Assembly (NCBI GenBank): GCA_019634635.1
Contig: JAHCBB010000006.1
Coordinates: 115,211-179,210, forward strand
DNA: 64,000 nt
Origin: Verrucomicrobiia bacterium
Lineage (GTDB): Bacteria; Verrucomicrobiota; Verrucomicrobiia; Limisphaerales; UBA9464
Direction of reading: 5' to 3'
Shown: one piece after another, positions 1 to 10,133 of the stretch
How positions within the stretch are numbered: position 1 is the stretch's first letter
How the letters are laid out: the number at the start of each line of letters is the position of its first letter
Program-made: the position numbers and the translations under genes
The notes under the pieces: generated by a model
The model's database searches: none
What the model was told of the DNA's origin: nothing
The model's input: only the letters and a program-made list of their open reading frames with translations

Positions 1-183
1 GCGGCGTGGTGGCGGGCGTTGAGCCGTCCGCCGTCCGCCGGGGAAGTTGCGGAGGCCCTCGAGTTCGTTGACGCGCAACGGACGCGTCAGGCGGCCGCAG
101 GCGTGGCGGATCCGGACGTCGCAGCGTGGACGGATCTGGCGCAGGTGGTGCTGGGATTGAACGAATTCATTTATGTGGACTGA
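1..183 (+). CDS. DUF1553-type protein, C-terminal fragment (5' part lies outside the window)
   Basis: The frame is open from nt 1 to TGA 181-183 and ends ...AAWTDLAQVVLGLNEFIYVD*. This is a C-terminal pattern I associate with the DUF1553/PSD1 proteins that precede DUF1501 genes in PVC genomes. The stop overlaps the next start (ATGTGGACTGA). Confidence 0.5.
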   Translation, partial: AAWWRALSRPPSAGEVAEALEFVDAQRTRQAAAGVADPDVAAWTDLAQVVLGLNEFIYVD

Positions 184-1624
184 GCCGGCTCCATGGACCC
201 GCAGGGATCTGCTACGACGTGCCGGCGCGGGGGCGGGCCTCTTGGGACTGGCCGCCCTGCTGCGGGAACAGGGGTTGCTGCTTCCGTCTGCCATGGCGGC
301 TCCGGGCGACCCGATGGCCCCGCGTCCTCCCGCGTTTCCTGCGCGCGCGAAGTCGGTCATCTGGCTGTTCATGAACGGCGGCCCGAGCCAGGTGGACACC
401 TGGGATTACAAGCCGGAGCTGGGGCGCCGCGACGGTCAGGCGTTGGAAGGATTTGATGCAAAGACCGGGTTCTTCACCGAGGCGGTGGGACCGCTGATGA
501 AGTCACCGTTCGCATGGGCGCAGCATGGAGAGAGCGCCACCTGGGTCAGCGACCTGTTTCCGCACCTCGCCCGGCACGTGGACCGGATGGCCTTCCTCCA
601 CGGCTGCCACACCGAGTCCAACAACCACAGCCCGGCCCTGTTCATGATCAACACGGGCTCGACGCGCATGGGATTCCCCTGTGTCGGTTCGTGGGCCACT
701 TATGGGCTCGGGAGCGAGAGCCGAAACCTCCCTGCGTTCGTGGTGATGAGCGATCCGCTGGATCGCGGATTGCCGAAGGGCCATGCCAGCAACTGGGGAG
801 CCGGGTTCCTGCCCAGCGTGTACCAGGGAACGTGGCTGCGCCCGAAGGGCGAGCCCATGGACAACCTCCGTCCGCCTCCGGGGCTGAACCCCGGCGCCCA
901 GCGGGCACAACTGGACCTGCTGGCAAATTGGAACCAAAGACACCGGGCCCGCAGCGCCGGGGCGGATCACGAGTTGGGGGCCCGCATCGAGAGCTTCGAG
1001 CTCGCCTTCCGCATGCAGACGGCTGCTCCCGAGGCGTTCGCCGTGGACCGGGAGCCACCGCTGGTCCGACGGCTCTACGGGATGGATCAGCCTCACTGTG
1101 GCCATTTCGCCGCGCAGTGTCTCATGGCCCGGCGACTCGTCGAACGCGGCGTCCGCTTCGTTCAGATTTATTCCGGGGGCATGGAGAACCAGCGCAGCTG
1201 GGACGGCCATGAGGACCTGGTCGGAAACCATCGCGGATTCGCGCTGGAGACCGACCAGCCGATTGCCGGCTTGCTGGCCGATCTCGAACAGCGCGGTCTG
1301 CTGGAGGAGACCCTGGTGATCTGGGGCGGGGAGTTCGGGCGGCTGCCTGTATCGCAGAAGGGCAGCCGGCCCGGACGCGACCACAACCCGCATGCCTTCA
1401 CCTATTGGATGGCAGGGGGCGGCGTGCAGGGGGGAGTGCATCACGGCGCCACCGATGAACTGGGCCATAGGGCCATTGCGGGGCGGGTGAGTGTCAACGA
1501 CCTGCACGCGACCGTCCTGCACCTGATGGGGTTGGATCACGAACGACTCACCTATTTCCATGACGGGCGGCACTTCCGGCTCACCGACGTCGCTGGGGAG
1601 GTCGTGCGTCCGATCATGGCGTAA
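173..1624 (+). CDS. DUF1501 domain protein (sulfatase-fold, Tat-type signal)
   Basis: 483-aa ORF. Twin-arginine-like N-terminus WTRRDLLRRAGAGAGLLGLAAL. Contains FMNGGPSQVDTWDYKPE and GRDHNPHAFTYWMAGGG, typical of DUF1501. Confidence 0.85.
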   Translation: MWTEPAPWTRRDLLRRAGAGAGLLGLAALLREQGLLLPSAMAAPGDPMAPRPPAFPARAKSVIWLFMNGGPSQVDTWDYKPELGRRDGQALEGFDAKTGFFTEAVGPLMKSPFAWAQHGESATWVSDLFPHLARHVDRMAFLHGCHTESNNHSPALFMINTGSTRMGFPCVGSWATYGLGSESRNLPAFVVMSDPLDRGLPKGHASNWGAGFLPSVYQGTWLRPKGEPMDNLRPPPGLNPGAQRAQLDLLANWNQRHRARSAGADHELGARIESFELAFRMQTAAPEAFAVDREPPLVRRLYGMDQPHCGHFAAQCLMARRLVERGVRFVQIYSGGMENQRSWDGHEDLVGNHRGFALETDQPIAGLLADLEQRGLLEETLVIWGGEFGRLPVSQKGSRPGRDHNPHAFTYWMAGGGVQGGVHHGATDELGHRAIAGRVSVNDLHATVLHLMGLDHERLTYFHDGRHFRLTDVAGEVVRPIMA

Positions 1625-1751
1625 GCGAACGCTTCGGTCCCAATGGTGGTGGGGACGGGCTGCCGCACCTGCGATAGTTTTCCGCAGGACGTGTGGAGTT
1701 GTCGGGGGGATCGGGGGAAGTACCTGCAGCTTTGTGCGATCCCTATCCGGG

Positions 1752-2963
1752 CTACTGTCCGGGATCCATCCGAAACACGCCGGGAAGCACCCGGAATCCC
1801 CACCACAACAACGCTGCGGTCCACAGCAGGGCTGCATGAATGTAGTGGCTGGCCTGGATCCGGGGCCAGAGGTCGGCGCTGACACGGGTGACCACCGCGA
1901 GAAGAACCAGGATGGCCACGCTCCAGAACCATCGGTTCGGGCCCTGCAGTCGTGCCATTTGACCGCTGTGACCCAGCACCACACGAGTCGCCACGGTCAG
2001 CGTCAGAAGTCCCAAGCCTCCCATCAGCGTCACATGCAGGAGGGCGACCGGATGGGAAGGCGGGAGGACCCTGAAGAGGAGTCCGGCAGGCACCAGGAAC
2101 AAGGACATTCGCAAGACGCCCGCCATGGGGCCTCGTACCCGGGCCCTGGCCCACGGCACCTCGTGGGCCAGCCAGGCGGCGAGGGTCACCGCCCGGATCA
2201 AGGCGCCGGTCCGCGGCCAGCCCTGGGCCTCCATGGCAAAGGACACGAGAATCAGCAGCCCGACGGCGGCGGCGCGGCCCGCGGCGGCCCACCAGCCGGG
2301 CGGAGGCCGTCGGGATTCGGCGAACTCTTCGCGCTGCAGCTGGTGAAGGAACCGGGGCAGAAGGAACGGGCTGACGCCTGCGACTGGAAGCAGCAGGAAC
2401 CCCTGGTAGGACAGGAGGTGATGCCATCGCACCAGGACAGGGGATGAGTCCACGGGATCCAACCCAAGGGCCAGGAAGCCGCCGCCGACTGCGCAGACCA
2501 ACCCCATCGCCACGAGGAGGAAGCCAGGCGGTGGCAGGTCGCGTCGTGCGGGCATCCGCCTGAGAAGAGGGCCCGCCAGCCCGGCGAGGAAGGCCAGGAA
2601 GAGAACGTCCCCTGCGCGGATCCAGCCCACAAACCAGCAGGCGACCATGGCCGCCTGCAGCAGGACCAGTGGCAGGGTTTCCCAGGGACGCAGCGCGGCA
2701 ACGCCGAGCACCCGGGGCAACGCCGTGGCCAGGAAGCCGGCAATGAACCCCCCGAAGAATCCCTGCGCCATGATTCGCGGGTGGCCTGCGCCGGGATACC
2801 AGTCCAGCCACCCGGCAAAGTGCAGCGGCCACATGAGGACTCCGATTGTGCCCGCCACCGCGGCCGCCGGAAACAACAGTCGGAACGGCTCGGCACACAC
2901 CTCCGACCAGGAGGGGCGGAGCGGACGGTCCCGAACTTCAGGACTGGAAGCGATATCGGCCAT
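1752..2963 (-). CDS. NnrS-like polytopic membrane protein
   Basis: The track ORF is 1752..3074; I set the start at ATG 2963 (MADIASS...). EPFRLLFPAAAVAGTIGVLMWPL and HPRIMAQGFFGGFIAGFLATALPR resemble NnrS N-terminal motifs. Many hydrophobic segments. Family call from memory only. Confidence 0.5.
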   Translation of the reverse strand: MADIASSPEVRDRPLRPSWSEVCAEPFRLLFPAAAVAGTIGVLMWPLHFAGWLDWYPGAGHPRIMAQGFFGGFIAGFLATALPRVLGVAALRPWETLPLVLLQAAMVACWFVGWIRAGDVLFLAFLAGLAGPLLRRMPARRDLPPPGFLLVAMGLVCAVGGGFLALGLDPVDSSPVLVRWHHLLSYQGFLLLPVAGVSPFLLPRFLHQLQREEFAESRRPPPGWWAAAGRAAAVGLLILVSFAMEAQGWPRTGALIRAVTLAAWLAHEVPWARARVRGPMAGVLRMSLFLVPAGLLFRVLPPSHPVALLHVTLMGGLGLLTLTVATRVVLGHSGQMARLQGPNRWFWSVAILVLLAVVTRVSADLWPRIQASHYIHAALLWTAALLWWGFRVLPGVFRMDPGQ

Positions 2964-3209
2964 AATTGTGAGTGTTAATGGGTCAGGGGGACCGGCTGGT
3001 GATCCGCGTATGGTGACCCGATCGCAACCCATAAAGCCATGACCGGTCTCACCGGGCGCGAGTTCCACCGGCAACTTGCGCCGATGCTCCGCAGCCCTCG
3101 AACGCCGAGCGCATGGCCACAGGCCCGTCCGAGGTGGCCGGGGATCCTGCGGTATTCAACCAGGGATGACGACGGGATGCGACGTCAGTCTCCAAAACCG
3201 GCGCGGGCG

Positions 3210-4493
3210 CTATACCGCAAGGGTCCAGGGGGCGCGCATGGGTTGCGTCAAATACCCGTTGGCCTCGGTGTCGCCGACGAACCGCTGGGTCGTCGGATCG
3301 AAGCGCAGCACGCGGCCGGTCTGCATGGCCGTCTTGGCGAGGTTCACCAGCGTGCAGGAGCGGTGCCCGTTGACCTCGTTCAGCGCGAACTTCCGGCGCG
3401 CCTTCACGGACTCGACGAAGTCCGTGACCTGGGGCTCGGGATCCGGCAGTGCGGCAAGCTTTGTCTCGAGATCCGGAATATCCGACGCCAGGCCCTTGGA
3501 GATCCTGCCGTTGGGTCCCTGAAGGAATGCGGCCGATTTATCGCGGTCCTCACCGTCCAGAATGATCTCGCAGCCGTCGCGGTACTTCAGCCGGATCACC
3601 CGGAAAATGCCGACGGCATCCGCATCCTGTGGCGGCGCATCCGCCTCGATCTCGACGGGGCTTTCATCGTCCTTGCCAAGCAGATACTGGACCGGGTCGA
3701 GGTAGTGCTGGCCCATGTCGCCGAGGCCGCCGCCGTCATAGTCCCAGTATCCCCGGAAGGTGCCGTGGACGCGGTGCGGGTGGTAGGGCTTGAACGGGGC
3801 GGGTCCGAGCCAAAAGTCGTAGTCGAGCTGTGGCGGGACGGGCTGCGGGGTGAGGTCGGTGCGGCCGACCCAGCCAAACTTCCAGTCGAATCCCGTGGAA
3901 GCGCTGAGCGTGGCCTTCAGCGGCCAGCCAAGCAGGCCCGCCTGCACCGCCTTCTTGATCGGTTTGGCGGGCACGCCCATGCCATAGAGTCCGTCCTGAA
4001 AGCGGAACCATGTGTTCAGCCGGAACATCCGCCGATGCTGCTGGACGGCGGCGACCACGGCTTCGCCTTCGGCGACCGTGCGGGTCATGGGCTTCTCGCA
4101 CCAGATGTCCTTGCCGGCGCGGGCGGCCTCGACCGCCATCAGGGCGTGCCAGTGGGGCGGGGTGGGGATGTGGACGATATCAATGTCCTTCCGCGCGAGC
4201 ACCTCGCGGTAGTCGCGGTAGCCCTTGCAATCGGAGCCTCCCGCCTTCACGGCCGCGGCCAGATGGTTGGCGTCCACGTCACAGACCGCGAGCAACTTGC
4301 AGGCGGTGTTGATCGAGGTCACGTGGCCCATGCCCATGCCCCCGGTCCCGATCACGGCCCGGGTCAGCATCTCGCTGGGCGGCGTGAATCCCTGGCCGCC
4401 GAGGATGTGTCTTGGAACGAGACTCACCGTGCCCATCGAGGCGATGGAGGTTTTGAGAAAGGCGCGGCGGGTGTGGGGACTGCGGGTGTTCAT
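3210..4493 (-). CDS. Gfo/Idh/MocA family oxidoreductase with Tat signal
   Basis: 427 aa. N-terminus MNTRSPHTRRAFLKTSIASMG is a twin-arginine signal. Rossmann motif IGTGGMGMGH. The C-terminal alpha/beta domain is typical of the family. Confidence 0.85.
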   Translation of the reverse strand: MNTRSPHTRRAFLKTSIASMGTVSLVPRHILGGQGFTPPSEMLTRAVIGTGGMGMGHVTSINTACKLLAVCDVDANHLAAAVKAGGSDCKGYRDYREVLARKDIDIVHIPTPPHWHALMAVEAARAGKDIWCEKPMTRTVAEGEAVVAAVQQHRRMFRLNTWFRFQDGLYGMGVPAKPIKKAVQAGLLGWPLKATLSASTGFDWKFGWVGRTDLTPQPVPPQLDYDFWLGPAPFKPYHPHRVHGTFRGYWDYDGGGLGDMGQHYLDPVQYLLGKDDESPVEIEADAPPQDADAVGIFRVIRLKYRDGCEIILDGEDRDKSAAFLQGPNGRISKGLASDIPDLETKLAALPDPEPQVTDFVESVKARRKFALNEVNGHRSCTLVNLAKTAMQTGRVLRFDPTTQRFVGDTEANGYLTQPMRAPWTLAV

Positions 4494-4690
4494 GGAGTCA
4501 AATGCCGGAGCTGTGACGAGGCGACCTGGGAGCTATTCAGAGGGGATTTTCGCGTGCCGGATCGGGCCCTCGCAGGCGCAAGGCTTCCGGCGCTCCGCGG
4601 GATCGCTTCTCCAAAACGCGCCGGAGAGACTTGTTGCAGGTCTGCGCGGATCCGGCTCGCCAGGAGTGGACGCCTTGCGCTGAATGCCCC

Positions 4691-6457
4691 ATGGCCACGC
4701 GTCAACGAATCGGTTCTTGGAGGGTGATTCTTGCGATGTGGGGCACCGTGATCCTGCATGGCGCCGATCCGATGCCCCCGCCATGGCCGGGGGACGGATG
4801 GCGCGAGGCACGCCGGATCGTGGACCTGCACCAGCACATTGCCGCCGCCGAGCCCCAGATGCGCCGGGCCGTGGGCATTCTCGACCGGTCCGGCATTGGT
4901 GTGGCGGTGAACCTGAGCGGTGGCACGGTCACCGCCGCCGCCGGGCAGCCGTCCGCCTTCGAACGCTGGCGCGACCTTGCCGAAGCGACCGCCCCCGGCC
5001 GCTTCGTCGCCTACTTCAACCTCGACTACACGGGCTGGGACGATCCCGGGTTCCCGGAACAGGCGATCCGCCAGGTCGAGACGGCGCATCGGTTGGGTGC
5101 GGCGGGGCTGAAGGAGTTCAAGCGTCTCGGACTATACCTCCGGGACGGTGCGGGCGAGCTGATCCGGATTGATGATCCGCGCCTGGACGGGGTGTGGCGG
5201 CGGTGTGGCGAGCTGGGGATGCCGGTCAGCATCCATGTGGCGGATCCGCGTGCCTTCTGGCTCCCCTACAACGCGCAGAACGAGCGGTGGGCGGAACTGA
5301 AGGACCATCCGAAATGGTGGTTTGGCGATCCCGCGCAGTTCCCGCCGCGGGAGGCCCTTCTCGCCGCCCTCAGCCGGGTGATTGAGCGCCACCCCGGGAC
5401 GACCTTTGTGGCGGTTCACTTCGCCAACAACGCAGAGGACCTGGACTGGGTGGAGCGCGAACTGGTGCGGCTGCCCAACCTGAACGCCGATCTGGCCGCC
5501 CGGATCCCGGAACTGGGCCGGCACGACCCCGTCCGCCTGCGCCGGCTCTTCACGACCCACGCGGACCGGATCCTCTTCGCGTCCGACTTCCAGGTGTACG
5601 ACCGGCTGATCCTTGGTTCCGCAGGCGATGCGGAACGGCCGACCGATGACGAGGGGGTGGCGTTTTTCCTCAAGGAATGGCGCTGGCTGGAAACGGAGGA
5701 TCGCGACTGGCCGCACATGACGCCGATCCAGGGCGACTGGACGATCTCCAGCATCGGGCTCCCGCCAAGGGTGCTGCGGAAGATCTATTTTGACAACGCC
5801 CGACGGCTGCTCGCCCGATCCATGCCACCGGCCGTTCTGGAAGCGCGCCATATCCTGCGGGATTTCTCGCCCGATGGACGCCTCGACGAACCGGAATGGC
5901 GGAACACCCCGGCGTTTCCGCTCGAGCAGGAATCCCGGGACGGGCGGGCGCGGCCCGAACTGTCCACGGAGGTGAGGTTCCTGTGGTCCGACCGGCATCT
6001 CTATGTCGGCTACGAGTGCCCGTTCACGGAATTGACCGATTTTGGCCCCCCCGTGCCGGGTGAACGGATCCGGTCCCCGGAGGCGCTGTGGGACCGGGAT
6101 GTGGTCGAATTGTTTGTGGCCCCAAGCCTGGAGCACCCGCGGCACTACACGGAATATGAGTGGGCCCCCAACAACGAGGCACTGGATCTGCAAATCCGGG
6201 ACTCGAAACCGGATTTCGACTGGAGCAGCGGGATGGAGTGGGCGGTGACCGTCCATCCCGAACGCCGGGTGTGGATCTGCGAAGCCCGCATTCCGCTCGC
6301 CTCGCTTCATGGGGATGCACCGGTCGAAGGCACGCGCTGGCGGGCCAACGTGTACCGGATAGACCGGGCGAACCGGGCGTTTCTGGCGTCGAACCCGACG
6401 CTATCCGGAACGTTTCACACCCCCGCCCGCTTTGGCTGGCTTGTGTTTCGGCGGTGA
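4691..6457 (+). CDS. amidohydrolase-family domain fused to a CBM9-like C-terminal domain
   Basis: The track ORF starts at 4631; the likelier start is ATG 4691 (MATRQRIGSW, hydrophobic signal-like segment). DLHQHI plus later HVAD/HFAN fit a metal-dependent amidohydrolase. C-terminal DGRLDEPEW...LWSDRHLYVGYEC...RWRANVYRID resembles carbohydrate-binding family 9. Confidence 0.6.
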   Translation: MATRQRIGSWRVILAMWGTVILHGADPMPPPWPGDGWREARRIVDLHQHIAAAEPQMRRAVGILDRSGIGVAVNLSGGTVTAAAGQPSAFERWRDLAEATAPGRFVAYFNLDYTGWDDPGFPEQAIRQVETAHRLGAAGLKEFKRLGLYLRDGAGELIRIDDPRLDGVWRRCGELGMPVSIHVADPRAFWLPYNAQNERWAELKDHPKWWFGDPAQFPPREALLAALSRVIERHPGTTFVAVHFANNAEDLDWVERELVRLPNLNADLAARIPELGRHDPVRLRRLFTTHADRILFASDFQVYDRLILGSAGDAERPTDDEGVAFFLKEWRWLETEDRDWPHMTPIQGDWTISSIGLPPRVLRKIYFDNARRLLARSMPPAVLEARHILRDFSPDGRLDEPEWRNTPAFPLEQESRDGRARPELSTEVRFLWSDRHLYVGYECPFTELTDFGPPVPGERIRSPEALWDRDVVELFVAPSLEHPRHYTEYEWAPNNEALDLQIRDSKPDFDWSSGMEWAVTVHPERRVWICEARIPLASLHGDAPVEGTRWRANVYRIDRANRAFLASNPTLSGTFHTPARFGWLVFRR

Positions 6458-6506
6458 TCGATTGACGGATTCCCCCTGGAGTGTGGAGTGGCCCGGCATT
6501 GGTGGG

Positions 6507-7604
6507 TCAGTTGGCGCTGCCCACGGCATCCTCCCACCGCCCGCCGGCAAGCCGCTCGCGGAGGCCGTCCACGATCGTGCCCGCCAGGTCCGGGCCTTGG
6601 AAAACAAGTGCGGAGTAGAGTTGCAGGAGATTGGCGCCCGCGATGACCTTCTCCCAGGCATCTGCCGGGGACGAGATGCCGCCGACCGCGACCAGCGCGA
6701 GGCGACCCTGTGATTGCCGGTACAGGTGCCGGACCACTTCGGTGCTGCGCTGGCGCAGCGGGCGTCCGCTCAGGCCGCCGGTCTCGCGGTAGCGCGCGGC
6801 CAGGCCGGGATCCGCGGTCGCGGGCCGCTCGGTCGTGGTGTTGGTGGCCACCAGCCCCGCCACTCCACGCGCGAGCGCCACGTCCACGACCTCGTCGAGG
6901 GCATCCGGCGTGAGATCCGGCGCCACCTTGACCAGCACAGGCCGACGGGGGGCCGACGTGTCGGCGACATTGCGGGACTGGAGGGCGGCAAGGATTTCGT
7001 CGAGGGCGGCGCGGTCCTGCAGTCGTCGGAGGTTGGGTGTGTTGGGCGAACTCACGTTGACCACGAAAAAGTCGGCGAGCGTCCGGAGCGCGGCGAAGGA
7101 ATCCGCGTAGTCTGCGGCGGCTGCGTCCAGCGGAGTGATCTTCGATTTGCCGAGATTGATGCCCACCGGATGGGGTGGCCAGAGGTGGCGCCGTCGCCAG
7201 TCCTCAAGCCGCTGCGCGAGGGCGGGGGCTCCGGCGTTGTTGAACCCCATGCGGTTGATCAGCGCCTCCTCGGCGGCAATGCGGAACATGCGGGGCGGGG
7301 GGTTGCCCGGCTGCGCATGCCAGGTGATGCCACCCAGTTCCGAGAATCCGAACCCCAGAGCCTCCCACAGCGGCAGCGCGATCCCCTTTTTGTCCATGCC
7401 GGCGGCGAGTCCAACCGGGTTCGGAAAGGACAGCCCGAGACACCTCACCGGAAGTTCCGCGGGCCGGTACAGGGACCGGGTGAACGACAGCGCCGGACGC
7501 CAGCGGCTGGCGAGGGCGAGGGCGGCAAGGGTCCGGTTGTGAGCCGATTCCGCGTCCTGAAGAAACAGCAGCGGGCGGGCGACGCGGCGATAGAGCCAGC
7601 TCAT
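6507..7604 (-). CDS. pyrD: dihydroorotate dehydrogenase (quinone), class 2
   Basis: 365 aa. MSWLYRRVARPLLFLQDAESAHNRTL..., NPVGLAAGMDK, GFGFSELGGIT, NVSSPNTPNLR and GGLSGRPL are canonical PyrD class 2 motifs. Confidence 0.9.
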   Translation of the reverse strand: MSWLYRRVARPLLFLQDAESAHNRTLAALALASRWRPALSFTRSLYRPAELPVRCLGLSFPNPVGLAAGMDKKGIALPLWEALGFGFSELGGITWHAQPGNPPPRMFRIAAEEALINRMGFNNAGAPALAQRLEDWRRRHLWPPHPVGINLGKSKITPLDAAAADYADSFAALRTLADFFVVNVSSPNTPNLRRLQDRAALDEILAALQSRNVADTSAPRRPVLVKVAPDLTPDALDEVVDVALARGVAGLVATNTTTERPATADPGLAARYRETGGLSGRPLRQRSTEVVRHLYRQSQGRLALVAVGGISSPADAWEKVIAGANLLQLYSALVFQGPDLAGTIVDGLRERLAGGRWEDAVGSAN

Positions 7605-7653
7605 GAACCCGGGAACTCTGGCAAAGGCGGCGGACGCGGGCTAGCGTGAGTCC

Positions 7654-8001
7654 GTGAAAGTCCTCATCGGCCTGCTGTTGATTTCGGGACTCCTCGCCGC
7701 CGGTTGTGGCCGGCGGGATCCCGCCGCGACCTCTCCAGCGGCGGATGCCCATCCGGCCACCGCACCGCTGGACTACCTCGCCGCCCAGGGGCGGGCGAAA
7801 CAGACCGCGATCCGGGTCACTTCGGCGGCGGAGTTGACCGGGGCGATCCAGAAGTTTCACGCGATGGAGGACCGGTATCCGGGTGATCTCAACGAACTGG
7901 TGCAACATCGGTACCTGCAGGCATTGCCCGCGGCGCCAAGGGGCCAGGCGTTTCAGTACAATCCGCAGGACGGAAGCATCCGGGTGATCCCGTCGCCGTG
8001 A
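7654..8001 (+). CDS. small lipoprotein, function unknown
   Basis: GTG start. Signal plus lipobox MKVLIGLLLISGLLAAGCG. 115 aa. No recognisable domain. Confidence 0.5.
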   Translation: MKVLIGLLLISGLLAAGCGRRDPAATSPAADAHPATAPLDYLAAQGRAKQTAIRVTSAAELTGAIQKFHAMEDRYPGDLNELVQHRYLQALPAAPRGQAFQYNPQDGSIRVIPSP

Positions 8002-8094
8002 AGGAAATTGCGCGGGTTTCGGTCCCCCGGGTTCGAGTGGAAGGTCGTGCCGCGGCTTCGCCTTGAAGCCGGCCGGGTGCCCGCAGCCCGGGCG

Positions 8095-9141
8095 CTACGT
8101 CGGGGTCGGGGCTGTGCCATCCCCGGGTGTCGCGCCCCGGCAGCGGCTGGAGCGACCGGCCCACCAGTCGCTGAACGCGGATCCGGCGAGCGCGGCGAGC
8201 AGCACCAGCCCGGTGCACAGCCCGGAGAGCTCGCCGGCAATGCTGAGGGTGGCCGGCAGGCGTCCCAGCCCATTGGTCAGGACCGCGATGATCGCCACGC
8301 CGAGCAGGGTGCCTGCGACAGTCCCGGTGCCACCGAAGATGCTGGCGCCGCCCAGCACCACGGCGGTGATCGCCGCGAGTTCGTATCCAGTGCCGGCGTC
8401 GGCCTTCGCCGTCCCAAGACGCGCCGCATAGGTCAGAGCCGCCACGCCGGCGGCCAAGCCTGCGACCACGTAGGTGGTCACCACCCGACGGGACACCGGC
8501 AGTCCGGCGTGCAGGGCGCCCTCCGGGGAAAACCCGATCGCCCTCCAGGAACGTCCCCAGGTCATGCGGTGCACCGAGAGCCAGAGCAGCATGGCGGCGC
8601 CTCCAAGGATCCAGGCCTGGACGGGAATCCCGCCGACGCGACCGGAACCGAGGAACAGGAAGGACTCCGGAAAGCGGGTGAACGCGTCGGTTCCCCGGGT
8701 CAGGGCCTCGGCAAGACCCCGGAACAACGAATACGTGGCGAGCGTGACGATCAGGGGTGGCAGCCGCAGCCCGGAAATCAGGGAGGCATTGAAGCCGCCT
8801 CCGAGCGCACCCACGACGAGGGCCCCACCTGCCGCCAGTGGCCAGGGCCACCCCCAATCGCGCCAGATCGAGCCGAACACCACGGCGCACAGGCCAAGCA
8901 GCGAACCCACGGACAGGTCAATGCCGCCGGTCAGGATCACCGGCAGCATCACCAGCGCCAGCAGACCGATCTCCGTGGAGTGGCGCACCAGGTTGGCGAT
9001 GTTGTCGGCAGTCAGAAAATTGCGTCCGGCCAGACTGAAAACGAGGACCTCGGCGGCCAGGATGCCCAGGAGCAGCCACTCGTGCCGTCGGGAGGCCCGT
9101 CGAAGGCGGCTTGCGGCCGGGGAGGATTTCGGTCGGCTCAT
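8095..9141 (-). CDS. sugar ABC transporter permease (CUT2/ribose type)
   Basis: Start set at ATG 9141 (MSRPKSS...), overlapping the upstream stop by ATGA. Multi-span protein with LTGGIDLSVGS, the branched-chain/ribose-type permease signature. Confidence 0.85.
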   Translation of the reverse strand: MSRPKSSPAASRLRRASRRHEWLLLGILAAEVLVFSLAGRNFLTADNIANLVRHSTEIGLLALVMLPVILTGGIDLSVGSLLGLCAVVFGSIWRDWGWPWPLAAGGALVVGALGGGFNASLISGLRLPPLIVTLATYSLFRGLAEALTRGTDAFTRFPESFLFLGSGRVGGIPVQAWILGGAAMLLWLSVHRMTWGRSWRAIGFSPEGALHAGLPVSRRVVTTYVVAGLAAGVAALTYAARLGTAKADAGTGYELAAITAVVLGGASIFGGTGTVAGTLLGVAIIAVLTNGLGRLPATLSIAGELSGLCTGLVLLAALAGSAFSDWWAGRSSRCRGATPGDGTAPTPT

Positions 9142-10133
9142 CCTCGCGGCTCCTTTCGACGCCGAATTCCCTCCGCGGCGACGGCAGCGAGGATCAGAAG
9201 GCCCTGGATGGCCTTGTCCCAATATGGCTTCACGCCCAGGTAGGTCAGCGCAGGGGAAATGCAGGTGAGGAGCAGGAAGCCCGAAAAGACTCCCGGAAGC
9301 GACCCCCGGCCCCCTGAGACCGCCACGCCGCCGACAACCGCCGCGGCGATGACTTCAAGCTCCAGCAGACGTCCGGTGGCGGGATCCACCTGCGGCGATT
9401 GAACCAGGTTCAACACCGCCGCCAGGCCGGTGAGTGCGCCGAGCAGCACGAAGGCTCCGAAAGTGACGCGGCGCGGACGCAACCCGGCGAGCCGGGCGGC
9501 CTCCGCGTCGGCACCCACCGCGTACACCTGTCGCCCGATTGCGAGTTGGCGCAGGACCAGGGCGAGTCCGCACAGGACCACCAGGGCGATGGCGCATACG
9601 AGGAGTTGGCCGGTCCTCATCGGAAGGCCGAACCACTGAAGGCCCTCCGGCAGGTTCACGAAGACGCCCTGCCGGTACAGCCGCAGCGCCTCCCGCCAGG
9701 TGACGAGGGTGGCCAGCGTGACCACGATCGCCGGGAGGCGGAGTCCGGCCACCAACGCGCCGTTGATCACACCGCCGGCGGCCCCCAGGGCCACCGCGGC
9801 GGCCAGTGCCAGGGGCGGGGAAGGGCGGGCGCCCGCGAGCAGCCCGGCAACCACGGAGCACCAGGCGAACAGGGAACCGACCGAGATGTCTATCTGACGG
9901 GTGAGCATCACCACCGCCATGCCGCAGGCGACCACGAGGCGCGGCGCAGCCGCCGCGAGGCGGGACAGCAGGGGTTGGGGCTCGAAAAATCCGGGCGCAG
10001 TCACCGCCATGAAAATCAGGAGCAGGAGCAGCACCGCGGTCACCGACGCTTCGCGGGATGCGAAGAGCCGACGCCACGGCGCGGGGGATCCCGTGCCGAT
10101 CGGATGCGCCGTGTTCGGATCGAAAGGCGTCAC
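9138..10133 (-). CDS. sugar ABC transporter permease (CUT2/ribose type)
   Basis: 331 aa. Contains TRQIDISVGSLF. Paralogous to the neighbouring permease. Its start overlaps the stop of the ATPase gene. Confidence 0.85.
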   Translation of the reverse strand: MTPFDPNTAHPIGTGSPAPWRRLFASREASVTAVLLLLLIFMAVTAPGFFEPQPLLSRLAAAAPRLVVACGMAVVMLTRQIDISVGSLFAWCSVVAGLLAGARPSPPLALAAAVALGAAGGVINGALVAGLRLPAIVVTLATLVTWREALRLYRQGVFVNLPEGLQWFGLPMRTGQLLVCAIALVVLCGLALVLRQLAIGRQVYAVGADAEAARLAGLRPRRVTFGAFVLLGALTGLAAVLNLVQSPQVDPATGRLLELEVIAAAVVGGVAVSGGRGSLPGVFSGFLLLTCISPALTYLGVKPYWDKAIQGLLILAAVAAEGIRRRKEPRG

